Below are positions 22,105 to 31,859 of a stretch of DNA of 32,000 nucleotides, piece after piece (within the stretch, counting starts at the first letter, position 1; each line of letters begins with the position of its first letter). The translations under genes were made by a program, and so were the position numbers. Source of the stretch: Psychrobacter cryohalolentis K5 (GTDB taxonomy: Bacteria; Pseudomonadota; Gammaproteobacteria; Pseudomonadales; Moraxellaceae); contig NC_007969.1 of assembly GCF_000013905.1 (NCBI RefSeq), positions 420,001 through 452,000 of the forward strand. Direction: 5' to 3'. The notes below the pieces were generated by a model, which worked only from the letters and a program-made list of their open reading frames with translations, had not been told where the DNA came from and made no database searches.

Positions 22105-23901
22105 GTGACTGCATTAGCCAATATTCGTAACTTTTCTATTATTGCCCACATTGATCATGGTAAGTCGACCCTTGCCGATCGTTTTATTCAAATGTGTGGC
22201 GCGCTGCAAGATCGCGAGATGCAGGCGCAAGTCCTCGATTCGATGGATATTGAGCGTGAGCGTGGTATCACGATCAAAGCGCAGTCGGTGACGCTGTATT
22301 ATGACCATCCAAATGGTGAGCGCTATCAGCTCAACTTTATTGATACGCCTGGTCACGTGGATTTCTCTTATGAAGTTTCACGTTCCTTAGCGGCTTGTGA
22401 AGGCGCGCTATTGGTGGTTGATGCGGCACAAGGTGTTGAAGCACAGTCGGTTGCTAACTGTTATACCGCAGTAGATCAAGGTCTTGAGGTCATGGCAGTT
22501 TTAAATAAAATTGACTTGCCACAAGTTGAGCCTGAGCGCGTCATTCAAGAGATTGAAGACATCATTGGTATTGATGCCGTTGATGCGCCACGCGTGTCGG
22601 CAAAATCTGGTCTCGGCGTTGATAAACTGCTTGAGGCGTTGGTTGAATTTATTCCTGCGCCAACGGGTGATCGTGATGCACCGCTGCAAGCGTTGATTAT
22701 TGACTCATGGTTTGATAATTATTTAGGCGTGGTTTCATTAGTCCGTGTACGCCAAGGTACGATAAAAAAAGGTGATAAACTTTATATTAAATCGACCAAA
22801 GATGCGCATTTAGTCGGATCAATTGGTGTCTTTACCCCGAAGCCGTTAGATACGGGTATCTTAGAAGCGGGTGAAGTGGGCTTTATTATTGCGGGTATTA
22901 AAGATATTGCAGGCGCGCCAGTTGGTGATACGATTACGCATGCCAGTACGCCTGACGTCGATCGTATTCCTGGATTTAAACAGATTACGCCGCAAGTGTA
23001 TGCTGGTATGTTTCCTGTAGAATCTACCGACTTTGAAAAGTTCCGTGAAGCACTACAAAAACTGCAGATTAACGATGCATCGCTATTTTTTGAGCCGGAT
23101 ACCTCAGACGCGTTAGGTTTTGGTTTCCGTTGTGGCTTCCTCGGTATGCTGCATATGGAGATTATCCAAGAGCGCCTAGAACGCGAGTATGACTTGGATC
23201 TGATTACTACCGCGCCTTCAGTTATCTACGAGATTGTAAAAAAAGATGGCAGCATTATCTATGTTGATAACCCATCAAGACTGCCTGAACCGAATAATAT
23301 CGAAGAATTCCGTGAGCCGATTGCTCGTTGTCAGATTTTAGTACCGCAGGATTATCTCGGTAACGTGATGACGCTTTGCATTGAGCGCCGCGGAGTGCAA
23401 GTCGATATGCGCTTTATGGGTCGTCAAGTGCAGCTCATTTTTGATATTCCGATGGGTGAAGTGGTCATGGACTTCTTTGACCGTCTAAAATCAGTGTCAC
23501 GTGGTTTTGCGTCACTTGATTATAATTTTGAGCGTTATCAAGTTGATAAATTGGTTAAAGTTGATGTGCTGATTAACGGTGACAAAGTCGATGCGCTTGC
23601 TATGATTGTCCATGAAACTCAGTCGCGCTACCGTGGTAACGCACTGGTGACCAAAATGAAAGAGCTGATTCCGCGTCAAATGTTTGATGTCGCTATTCAA
23701 GCGGCAATTGGCAGCCAAATTATCGGGCGTAGTACTGTGAAAGCCATGCGTAAAGATGTCTTGGCTAAGTGTTATGGCGGTGACGTCTCGCGTAAGAAAA
23801 AGCTACTGTCTAAGCAAAAAGCCGGTAAAAAACGCATGAAGCAAGTGGGTAACGTCGAGATTCCACAAGAAGCCTTCTTAGCCGTATTGCAGGTAGATTA
23901 G
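22105..23901 (+). CDS. lepA: Elongation factor 4 (translational GTPase LepA)
   Basis: The 598-aa ORF has the GTPase motifs [22 protein letters not shown] and NKID. The characteristic LepA C-terminal region includes [21 protein letters not shown]. It has a GTG start at 22105. Confidence 0.95.
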   Translation: MTALANIRNFSIIAHIDHGKSTLADRFIQMCGALQDREMQAQVLDSMDIERERGITIKAQSVTLYYDHPNGERYQLNFIDTPGHVDFSYEVSRSLAACEGALLVVDAAQGVEAQSVANCYTAVDQGLEVMAVLNKIDLPQVEPERVIQEIEDIIGIDAVDAPRVSAKSGLGVDKLLEALVEFIPAPTGDRDAPLQALIIDSWFDNYLGVVSLVRVRQGTIKKGDKLYIKSTKDAHLVGSIGVFTPKPLDTGILEAGEVGFIIAGIKDIAGAPVGDTITHASTPDVDRIPGFKQITPQVYAGMFPVESTDFEKFREALQKLQINDASLFFEPDTSDALGFGFRCGFLGMLHMEIIQERLEREYDLDLITTAPSVIYEIVKKDGSIIYVDNPSRLPEPNNIEEFREPIARCQILVPQDYLGNVMTLCIERRGVQVDMRFMGRQVQLIFDIPMGEVVMDFFDRLKSVSRGFASLDYNFERYQVDKLVKVDVLINGDKVDALAMIVHETQSRYRGNALVTKMKELIPRQMFDVAIQAAIGSQIIGRSTVKAMRKDVLAKCYGGDVSRKKKLLSKQKAGKKRMKQVGNVEIPQEAFLAVLQVD

Positions 23902-23980
23902 ATTATTAATAAATGAATCATCATTGCTGTTTTTACGGATGTCATCATTGGATAAGTAGCTCGCTAATAGGCAATTAAGT

Positions 23981-24883
23981 ATGGATTTTGATTTCAATTT
24001 GATTTTAGTGCCATTAACCATAGGTTTGGGTATTATTTGGCTATTAGATAAGCTGACACTGAAACAGCGTAAAACACGGGGTCGCGGTAAAGAGAGCTTG
24101 CTGGTACGCTGGGCATATGATTTTTTCCCCGTGCTGGCGGTAGTATTAATTGTGCGCTCGTTTTTAATTGAGCCGTTTAATATTCCGTCGTCCTCGATGG
24201 TGCCAACGCTATATACGGGTGACTTTATTGCCGTCAATAAGTATGCTTATGGTGTTCGTTTGCCACTGACTTATAATAAAGTAATCGATACTGGCACGCC
24301 TGAACATGGCGATGTTGCCGTTTTTCGTTATCCAGAGAACCCAAGTATTTATTATATTAAGCGCGTCATTGGTCTGCCGGGTGATACGGTTAGTTATAAT
24401 CAAGGCACAATTGCGATTAATGACGTGCCTGTTGCTACTCAAGCCATTGATTTTGACCCCAATGCAGAGCTGACGTCACAGTTATATTCGTCAGGGGAAG
24501 TTGCTCCGGGTCAAATGCTGACAGAAGAGAATGCTGCTGTGATGGGTCAGCAAGAAGAAAGCGACGCAAAATATTTTAAAGAAACTCAAGGTAAGCATGA
24601 GTATGTTGTTCGTTATTTGAATGGTATGAACAGCTCGCAATATGCGCCATTTTTACAGCAACAGTCACCAGAAGTGGTGAGCTCAGAAGGCAATGAATGG
24701 CGTATTAATGTGCCTGAAGGTCAATATTTTGTGATGGGCGATAACCGTGATCGCAGTGCAGATGGACGCTTTTGGGGCTTTGTACCTGATGATAATTTAG
24801 CAGGAAAAGCAGTATATATTTGGATGCATAAGCCACCAGGTCTACAGCTACCTACTTTTAAACGTAATGGTGCTATCGATTAA
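23981..24883 (+). CDS. lepB: Signal peptidase I
   Basis: It has an N-terminal TM segment, the catalytic Ser box IPSSSMVPTL, the Lys box YIKRVIGLPGD, and GDNRDRSADGRFWGFVP. It lies downstream of lepA as in most proteobacteria. Confidence 0.93.
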   Translation: MDFDFNLILVPLTIGLGIIWLLDKLTLKQRKTRGRGKESLLVRWAYDFFPVLAVVLIVRSFLIEPFNIPSSSMVPTLYTGDFIAVNKYAYGVRLPLTYNKVIDTGTPEHGDVAVFRYPENPSIYYIKRVIGLPGDTVSYNQGTIAINDVPVATQAIDFDPNAELTSQLYSSGEVAPGQMLTEENAAVMGQQEESDAKYFKETQGKHEYVVRYLNGMNSSQYAPFLQQQSPEVVSSEGNEWRINVPEGQYFVMGDNRDRSADGRFWGFVPDDNLAGKAVYIWMHKPPGLQLPTFKRNGAID

Positions 24884-25042
24884 TGACATCAATGTTCTAT
24901 AGATATATTTACCGACAAACGTTTTGTGCTAATATTATGGCTATTCAATGCAATGATATTTAGCTTATAAACATGCATTAAGAAATAGTGTTTTCTAAGC
25001 TGGATACATTACAAATATAGCTATTTTTCGTTGAGAGGTATT

Positions 25043-25438
25043 ATGGTGCAACAGTTATCTGGCTTATCTACACAGCGCGGTGCTAGTGTCACGAGTATCG
25101 TTTTTATTATCATCGCTTTGGGTGTTGCTGTTAAATTGATTGTTGCCATTGTGCCAGCACAAATTGGCGATTATCAACTGACTAAAACCTTGAGTGCGCA
25201 GCTTCAAGAGTCTAATAACAAGAAAGAGACTGCCAAGCAGTTCGTCGAGCGTGTTGATAAGCAGTTGTCTATCAATGCTGATTACGATACCAAAGCAGAG
25301 GATGTATTTACCTTTAAAGATAAAAAAACAGGTCAGTTGGCTATCTATAAAAAATATGAAAAAACCAATACGCTCTTTGGAAATATTGATATTGTGAATC
25401 GCTTCGAAGGCGATATCGATCCTACAATAGCAGAGTAA
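25043..25438 (+). CDS. DUF4845-family small membrane-anchored protein
   Basis: The N-terminus QRGASVTSIVFIIIALGVAVKLIVAIVPAQIGDYQL fits the DUF4845 pattern (QRG + TM helix + P.Y.EY). This family commonly sits between lepB and rnc. I prefer the start at ATG 25043, which has the RBS GAGAGG at 25033-25038, over the TTG at 25031. Confidence 0.7.
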   Translation: MVQQLSGLSTQRGASVTSIVFIIIALGVAVKLIVAIVPAQIGDYQLTKTLSAQLQESNNKKETAKQFVERVDKQLSINADYDTKAEDVFTFKDKKTGQLAIYKKYEKTNTLFGNIDIVNRFEGDIDPTIAE

Positions 25439-25474
25439 TCGGATTTTTTAAAATACGAGCAGCAACGATCTAAC

Positions 25475-25517
25475 AAGCCAGTACTCTAGAAAACAGTTCT
25501 TTATGAGCTGGTTTTTT
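25475..25517 (+). terminator. Imperfect hairpin plus T6, a terminator-like element upstream of rnc
   Basis: CCAG(ta)CTC (25478-25486) pairs with GAGCTGG (25505-25511). Inside it, AGAA (25488-25491) pairs with TTCT (25497-25500). TTTTTT follows at 25512-25517. Confidence 0.45.
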
Positions 25518-25591
25518 GTATTTAATATTTTTAAACGTTACTATTTAATGACCTTAAATAGTACAACAAAAGGGATAATCATAAGCCACGC

Positions 25592-26389
25592 ATGAAACCA
25601 ACTTCGCAGTATCCTCAGGCGGTTCCTAATCCACCAAAAAATAGCCTGTCTGATGACACGCTTATTATTAGCTCAGAATTTATTCAACGCTTAGCAGTAT
25701 TAACGCGCAAGTTGGGTTATGTGTTTAATGATTTAAGTCTACCTAAGCTGGCACTCACGCATCGCTCGTTTGATAGTAAAAAGAACTATGAACGCTTAGA
25801 GTTTTTGGGTGATGCATTGCTAGGTATGATAGTCGGTGAAGCGCTATATCATCGTTATCCAACCCAAAATGAAGGTCGTCTGACCCGTATGCGAGCGACG
25901 CTCGTGAGGCAAGAATCCTTGGTCATTATCGCTCAAAATCTAGAGCTGTCTAATCAGCTAATATTGGGTGTGGGTGAGCGTAAAGGTGGCGGACGCAATC
26001 GTGCTTCTATATTGGCGGACGCCGTCGAATCCTTGATTGGTGCTATTTATCTAGACAGTCAAGATATGAATATCACACGAGAATGTGTATTGTCTTGGTA
26101 TGGTGATTTAATTGATAATGTCAATGATCAAAAAGCCCTAAAAGATGCCAAGAGCCGTTTACAAGAATGGCTGCAGTCGAAGCAATTTGACTTACCACAT
26201 TATGAGTTGATGGAAACACGCGGTAATGCCCCGCATCAAATATTTGTGGTACGCTGTCAGGTAAACATTCTTAACTGTCCTGATATTACCGAATCTGGTG
26301 AAAGCCGCCGTATTGCTGAGCAAAAAGCAGCAGAATTGATGATTAACCAACTTCATAAGCTACCAAGTGTGCCCAAAAAACGCAGCTAA
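25592..26389 (+). CDS. rnc: Ribonuclease III
   Basis: It has the RNase III signature ERLEFLGDALLG and a C-terminal dsRBD (PHYELMETRGNAPHQIFVVRCQV...RRIAEQKAAELM). About 30 aa of extra N-terminus are present relative to E. coli Rnc. No good RBS precedes the ATG, so the start is uncertain. Confidence 0.9.
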   Translation: MKPTSQYPQAVPNPPKNSLSDDTLIISSEFIQRLAVLTRKLGYVFNDLSLPKLALTHRSFDSKKNYERLEFLGDALLGMIVGEALYHRYPTQNEGRLTRMRATLVRQESLVIIAQNLELSNQLILGVGERKGGGRNRASILADAVESLIGAIYLDSQDMNITRECVLSWYGDLIDNVNDQKALKDAKSRLQEWLQSKQFDLPHYELMETRGNAPHQIFVVRCQVNILNCPDITESGESRRIAEQKAAELMINQLHKLPSVPKKRS

Positions 26390-26594
26390 TGGCTTTTGTA
26401 ATATTACCCTGATTTTATATTGATGACTTGATAGTAATGCCTTTAAGACTATCATTTCTATATTATAAAAATGCTCATTCTTTAACGAATTAGTATTGCA
26501 ACATCAAATATTCTTAACTTGATAACAGTGCTGCTATTTATGTCATATGCGCATACAGCAGTTTAACTGATGACAAACCCCACAGGATTACCCT

Positions 26595-27710
26595 ATGAGC
26601 AATCATACTGACTTGCCATTAAACAATGAAGATAATGCCACAAATATGACCGAAAATACTGACCTAAATACAAGTACAAATAATGCAGTAGAAATGAGTG
26701 AAGTAGAAATCAATGAAACAGAAAACAATGCAGTAGATAACGATTCAGCAATCGAAGATTTCTTTTCACCAAATAATGGCGCGCTTGCTGCTGAAGGTTT
26801 TAAAACTGGCTATGTCGCCATTGTTGGTCGTCCAAATGTCGGCAAATCAACGCTGATGAACCATTTATTGGGTCAAAAGCTGTCCATCACCTCACGTAAA
26901 CCACAAACGACGCGCCATCGTATCCATGGTATTTTGTCTAATGATGAGATGCAGGCAGTATTTGTTGATACCCCCGGCATTCATCGCAACGAAGTACGTG
27001 CTATCAATGAACGCATGAATAAAGCGGCCGTCTCTGCATTGGTAGATGTAGACTTGGTATTGTTTGTCGTTGATTCTGATCAATGGCGTGACGATGATTT
27101 ACTGGTTCTACAAAAGCTTGGCGATACCAATTTAAATGTGGTTTTAGTGATTAATAAAGCGGATACCTTAAAAGATAAAGGCAGCGTTTTACCGTTAATG
27201 GAAACCTTTAACGACAGTTTTGATTTTGCCGATATCGTCCCCGTTTCTGCATTAAAGAATCAAAACTTAGATCGTCTGCAAGAAGTGATCGCATCACATT
27301 TACCAGTCGCTGCGCCAATTTATGATACGGAACAAATCACCGATCGCTCAGAGCGTTTCTTAGCCAGTGAAATCATTCGTGAAAAAATCATGCGTAGTGC
27401 TGGTGATGAAGTACCGTACGATTTAACGGTACAAATTGACGGCTTTAAAGATGAAGCGGCTCATACTGACCCAAAAACTGGTCGTCCACGTAAAGCCTGT
27501 ACCTTTATCGATGCCACTATTTATGTTGAACGTAGCGGGCAAAAAGCGATTGTGATTGGTGACAAAGGGCAACGTATCAAACAAGTCGGTATGGATGCTC
27601 GTAAAGATATGGAGCAGCTGTTTGATAAAAAAATCATGTTAACGCTGTGGGTAAAAGTTAAGCGCGGTTGGTCGGATGATGAAAGAGCCTTGACCAGTTT
27701 AGGCTATTAA
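26595..27710 (+). CDS. era: GTPase Era with an N-terminal Asn/Glu-rich extension of about 65 aa
   Basis: G motifs are GRPNVGKSTL, DTPG and NKAD. The C-terminal KH domain includes IIREKIMRSAGDEVPY and LWVKVKRGWSDDE. The RBS AGGA lies 7 nt upstream of ATG 26595. Confidence 0.9.
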   Translation: MSNHTDLPLNNEDNATNMTENTDLNTSTNNAVEMSEVEINETENNAVDNDSAIEDFFSPNNGALAAEGFKTGYVAIVGRPNVGKSTLMNHLLGQKLSITSRKPQTTRHRIHGILSNDEMQAVFVDTPGIHRNEVRAINERMNKAAVSALVDVDLVLFVVDSDQWRDDDLLVLQKLGDTNLNVVLVINKADTLKDKGSVLPLMETFNDSFDFADIVPVSALKNQNLDRLQEVIASHLPVAAPIYDTEQITDRSERFLASEIIREKIMRSAGDEVPYDLTVQIDGFKDEAAHTDPKTGRPRKACTFIDATIYVERSGQKAIVIGDKGQRIKQVGMDARKDMEQLFDKKIMLTLWVKVKRGWSDDERALTSLGY

Positions 27711-27766
27711 AAATATTAATAGCGACTCTCTTTTATATTGAGTGAACTATAGCTGAGGTAATAATC

Positions 27767-28531
27767 ATGCGTAACGAAGCGTTAATCGGTTATTTATTAC
27801 ATCAGCGCCCTTATCAAGAAAAGCGCGCCTTATATTATTTATTTTCTCAGCAGCATGGGGTGATACATGGTATTGGTAAAAAAGGCGCGCCACTATTTAT
27901 GCCTTTACAACTCTTTGCTACTGGCAAACGTGATCTCAAAACATTCAGTCAAATCAATATAGCCTCTTTTAGTTCAGTTCATACACAAGCTGTCCAAGAT
28001 GATAATGCCGCAAATGTAGATATACGACATCAAGAAAGCATTACAGGCCAGCATCAATATGCAGCCTTGTATTTGAACGAGATATTGTGGCGATTGTTGC
28101 CTACTGAAGATCCTATGCCCATATTATGGCAGCATTATCAAAACAGCCTAGATGCGCTCAAAAAACCCCTAACCGCTGACGAGCTACGTCTGTGCTTGCG
28201 CCAGTTTGAGAGCTATCTATTTAATGAGTTGGGATTTTCACTGACGTTACATCAAGACAGCCTTGAAAACCCTATTGAGCCTGAACAGGTTTACCGATTC
28301 TTACCCGATATGGGCTTAGTGCCGACTTTGCACACAGAGGATGTAGAAAGTATGGTTGGTCATGCGGTTTTTAAAGGGAATGATATTTTGCTCATGATAG
28401 AGCAAGGGTTGTCCGTTAGTACGCTGAACGCATGGTCGCGTTTACATCGGCAGTTGATTGATCATATGCTTGATTATCAACCGCTGCAAAGTCGTCTGCT
28501 TTGGCAGCAGCAACAGCGTTATCAACTATAA
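27767..28531 (+). CDS. recO: DNA repair protein RecO
   Basis: The 254-aa ORF has an N-terminal OB-fold-like region (GYLLHQRPYQEKRALYYLFSQQHGVIHG). It sits in the conserved era-recO-pdxJ position. Sequence similarity to E. coli RecO is modest, so the call rests partly on context. Confidence 0.75.
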   Translation: MRNEALIGYLLHQRPYQEKRALYYLFSQQHGVIHGIGKKGAPLFMPLQLFATGKRDLKTFSQINIASFSSVHTQAVQDDNAANVDIRHQESITGQHQYAALYLNEILWRLLPTEDPMPILWQHYQNSLDALKKPLTADELRLCLRQFESYLFNELGFSLTLHQDSLENPIEPEQVYRFLPDMGLVPTLHTEDVESMVGHAVFKGNDILLMIEQGLSVSTLNAWSRLHRQLIDHMLDYQPLQSRLLWQQQQRYQL

Positions 28532-28621
28532 AGCGTATTTAACAATAGAATATGTTCACAACTACTTATCATCAATAAGCTATTTTTAGTAAATGATCTA
28601 ACTATTAATAAAAGGATTTTT

Positions 28622-29416
28622 ATGACGGATACAGCGCAGATTTTGCCGACTACATTAGAGCAAAATCCACAAAATACTTCAAAAAAACCACTCTTAGGTG
28701 TCAACGTTGACCATGTGGCAACCTTACGTCAAGCACGCGGTGTGGGATATCCAAGCCCACTAGCTGCAGCACTTTTATGTGAGAAAGCAGGTGCTGACGG
28801 TATCACTATTCATTTGCGTGAAGATCGCCGTCATATTCAAGATGCCGATGTGTATGAGATGGCAGGGCAGTTGACTACGAGAATGAATCTAGAGATGGCA
28901 GCAACGACTGAGATGCTAGACATAGCCTGTCAAGTCAAACCATATTGGGTATGCCTAGTGCCGGAAAAACGTGCTGAACTGACTACAGAAGGGGGGCTTG
29001 ATGTGGCAGGGCAGCTAGCTTCATTGACAGATTATGTCAGTCAGTTACAAGCAGCAGGTATCAAAGTCTCTTTGTTTATTGATCCAGAAGATAAGCAGAT
29101 CGAGGCAGCAGTTAATTGTAGCGCTGACGCAATCGAATTACACACAGGTTCTTATGCTGAAGCAGGTCTGGCAGGTAAAACAGATAGGGTAAATGTAGAG
29201 CTTGAACGTATTAAAAATGCAGTGATTACCGCTAAACGACTTGATAGTAAGCTGTTGGTCAATGCTGGTCACGGTCTAACACGTGATAATGTTCATGCGA
29301 TTGCCCAAATTGACGGTATATATGAGCTAAATATTGGTCATGCTTTGATAGCGGATGCGCTATTTGTGGGGATAGAGCAGGCGGTTATTATGATGAAAAC
29401 AGCGATGCACCGATAG
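28622..29416 (+). CDS. pdxJ: Pyridoxine 5'-phosphate synthase
   Basis: It contains [43 protein letters not shown] and [10 protein letters not shown], which are hallmark PdxJ motifs. Confidence 0.93.
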   Translation: MTDTAQILPTTLEQNPQNTSKKPLLGVNVDHVATLRQARGVGYPSPLAAALLCEKAGADGITIHLREDRRHIQDADVYEMAGQLTTRMNLEMAATTEMLDIACQVKPYWVCLVPEKRAELTTEGGLDVAGQLASLTDYVSQLQAAGIKVSLFIDPEDKQIEAAVNCSADAIELHTGSYAEAGLAGKTDRVNVELERIKNAVITAKRLDSKLLVNAGHGLTRDNVHAIAQIDGIYELNIGHALIADALFVGIEQAVIMMKTAMHR

Positions 29417-29453
29417 CTACGACAGTTTATTCTTAGCTTATATTGATATATCA

Positions 29454-30041
29454 TTATGTACCACATCCGGTCGGATGGTTTTCGTTAGGTTTGTAGGTAA
29501 TACCTCCTGTCTGATTAAAAGAGATTTGGTACATGGTATGATTATAGGTTGAGGTTGGACAGTATTTAATATGTCCGAAATGCCCACGAGGACTGCCGCT
29601 ATCGCCCCAAAATTTAGTGTAGTGACGGTTATTACCGACCCGTAAATATAAAGTACTGTATTTTGGGTTCAGCGCTTGGTCTTCTAACAAATCATCAATA
29701 CCAACATCAAAATTGTTATTATTATTTTTATCCGAGAATAATAATAACTTTTTAAAGCTGTCTCTATGGCAAAGACCACCCCCATTAGATAAGCAAACCA
29801 GTAAATCTTGTCTTCTAATATGACTCTCAGCTTTTGCTAAAGTCAAGGTAGTGTCTATTTGGCTTGCAATACGTCTGGCTTCCATACTTGCCAACTGAGT
29901 CAAAATATAAGGTGTGGCAATCGTTAATATAATAGCTAAGATAGCAATGGTTACGATTAATTCTACTAAATTAAACCCATGTTCATCATAGTGTCTAGAA
30001 TCCTTCGAGCATATTGAAAGTGTTCTATATGGTATAGCCAT
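29454..30041 (-). CDS. Type IV pilus minor pilin / pseudopilin, FimT/GspH-like
   Basis: The class III (prepilin) signal is ...DEHG|FNLVELIVTIAILAIILTIATP, with the Glu at +5 and a hydrophobic alpha1-N helix. The size of about 170 mature aa and the LAKAES...LLVC region resemble the GspH/FimT domain. The RBS AGGTGG lies 9 nt upstream of ATG 30041. The gene is AT-rich. Confidence 0.7.
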   Translation of the reverse strand: MAIPYRTLSICSKDSRHYDEHGFNLVELIVTIAILAIILTIATPYILTQLASMEARRIASQIDTTLTLAKAESHIRRQDLLVCLSNGGGLCHRDSFKKLLLFSDKNNNNNFDVGIDDLLEDQALNPKYSTLYLRVGNNRHYTKFWGDSGSPRGHFGHIKYCPTSTYNHTMYQISFNQTGGITYKPNENHPTGCGT

Positions 30042-30610
30042 AATGGACTGCCACCTGTATGAAAGGGATAACTAAGATGGTTTCAAATGTTCATTGTATT
30101 TTTAAATCTATTGTTCGTGTCACCATTTGTTTTATCAAGTTGCATTACTAATATAATGAATAGCAAAAAAAGCCATTAATCAAAATAAGTAGAATATTGT
30201 TTGTTTATATAATCGTAAATATAAACCAAATATATGTCTACTGTCAAAGAATGTTTCAATTCGTGAATAGAGGCTTTTAATAATAGAGAAAATTAACTAC
30301 TTGTATTAAAATGAGTTGCAACAATAGGTAGGAATCGTTTCATCATCTATTGCGACCTAACATACAAAAGATAAAGAGTGTAAAGTGTGTTAGCTCTCAG
30401 TAAGTTAAGCGGGCTAATGTGTTTTAGTTATGACATTATCGTGTAATAATGTGTAGCTGGTTTACGAAAAAAGTTGTAAACTGAATTGATAATCGCTAAG
30501 CTACGTCTTAATTGGTTTTGCTTTGTAATTTTAAGTTCGTAAATGATGTTTGTTTTTGAGCAATAGTTTTGCTTAATGCACTACTAAAATTATCCTTTGG
30601 AGGAAGTTTC

Positions 30611-31789
30611 ATGAAATTAAATAAAATTGCTTTGGCTTTGTTTGCCATCACAGCAGCCCCACTAGCAGCTAACGCTGGCGTAACTATCAGCCCATTATTA
30701 CTTGGTTATCATTACAGCGAAGGTGCTGACGATGAGCAAGCTGAAATCATGGGTGATGGTAATGGAAATGGCTTCTATCAAGAGAACGGTCTATATACTG
30801 GTGCTGCACTAGGTATTGAAATTACTCCTTCTACTCAGTTCCAAGTAGAATATGGTGTATCAAATACTGATGCCGTTCGTCAAGATGGAAATACTGACTT
30901 TGATGCAGAACAAGAAACTATCTCTGGTAACTTCTTGATCGGTACTGAGCAATTCACTGGTTATACTGATAGTGCATTAAAGCCATATGTATTAGTTGGT
31001 GCTGGTCGCTCTAAGATTGAAGTTGAAGATGCTGCTGGTAACTTCGTTACTGGTTCTAAAGATACTATCGGTAACCTAGGTCTAGGTGCTATGTACCGTA
31101 TTAACGACGCTTTAAGCCTACGTGGTGAAGCTCGTGCGATTCATAACTTTGATAACAACTGGTGGGAAGGCATGGCTTTGGCCGGTCTAGAAGTAGTACT
31201 AGGTGGTCACTTAGCACCAGCAGTAGCTGTTCCACCGATGCAAGAGCCTAACGTTCAGACTCCACCAATCGTTGTTGTTGAATCTGATCTTGATTCAGAC
31301 GGCGATGGCGTACCTGATAGCATCGATGCTTGCCCAGGCACTCCAATGAATGTTGTTGTAGATGAGCGCGGTTGCCCAGTACCAGTAGATATTACTGATG
31401 AATTGAAAATGGAACTACGTGTATTCTTTGATAACGATAAATCAGCTATCAAAACTCAGTACAAACCTGAAATCGCTAAAGTAGCAGAGAAGATGCGCGA
31501 GTATCCTAACTCTACCGCTCGTGTTGAAGGTCATGCTTCTAAAACTGGTCCATCAGCACGTTATAACCAACGTTTGTCTGAAGCCCGTGCTGTTGCTGTG
31601 AAATCTATGTTGACTAACGAATTTGGTATTGCTCCAAACCGTCTATCAACCGTTGGTTATGGTTATGATCAACCAATCGCTGACAACAACACTGAAGAAG
31701 GTCGTGCTATGAACCGTCGTGTTTATGCCATCATCACTGGTGACAAAACAATGACTGTTGAACAAACTAAAGATATGGTTGTTCAATAA
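30611..31789 (+). CDS. ompA: OmpA-family outer membrane protein (beta-barrel + Pro-rich/TSP3-like linker + OmpA C-terminal peptidoglycan-binding domain)
   Basis: The signal peptide is MKLNKIALALFAITAAPLAANA. I prefer the start at ATG 30611, with the RBS GGAGG at 30599-30603, over the track start at 30569. The N-terminal half has alternating beta-strand pattern. The linker is PPMQEPNVQTPP...DSDGDGVPDSIDACPGTP...DERGCP. The C-terminal OmpA domain includes FDNDKSAIK, VEGHAS, NQRLSEARA and NRRV. Confidence 0.92.
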   Translation: MKLNKIALALFAITAAPLAANAGVTISPLLLGYHYSEGADDEQAEIMGDGNGNGFYQENGLYTGAALGIEITPSTQFQVEYGVSNTDAVRQDGNTDFDAEQETISGNFLIGTEQFTGYTDSALKPYVLVGAGRSKIEVEDAAGNFVTGSKDTIGNLGLGAMYRINDALSLRGEARAIHNFDNNWWEGMALAGLEVVLGGHLAPAVAVPPMQEPNVQTPPIVVVESDLDSDGDGVPDSIDACPGTPMNVVVDERGCPVPVDITDELKMELRVFFDNDKSAIKTQYKPEIAKVAEKMREYPNSTARVEGHASKTGPSARYNQRLSEARAVAVKSMLTNEFGIAPNRLSTVGYGYDQPIADNNTEEGRAMNRRVYAIITGDKTMTVEQTKDMVVQ

Positions 31790-31827
31790 GTACTAGCTAC
31801 TAATTGTGTAATAAGCTAATTAGTTAC

Positions 31828-31859
31828 AAAAAAAGTCATCCAATGGGTGGCTTTTTTTT
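31828..31859 (+). terminator. Rho-independent terminator after ompA
   Basis: An 8-bp stem AGTCATCC/GGGTGGCT (two G-U pairs) has a 3-nt loop. It is flanked by A7 upstream and T8 downstream (31852-31859). Confidence 0.65.

Noticed and set aside
25194-25397. A 67-aa out-of-frame ORF inside the DUF4845 gene.
   Set aside because: It is nested within that gene, its translation is Ser/Leu/Ile-rich low complexity, and it has no RBS.
28522-28704. A 60-aa minus-strand ORF spanning the recO-pdxJ junction.
   Set aside because: It overlaps the ends of two confident genes on the opposite strand and has no independent signals.
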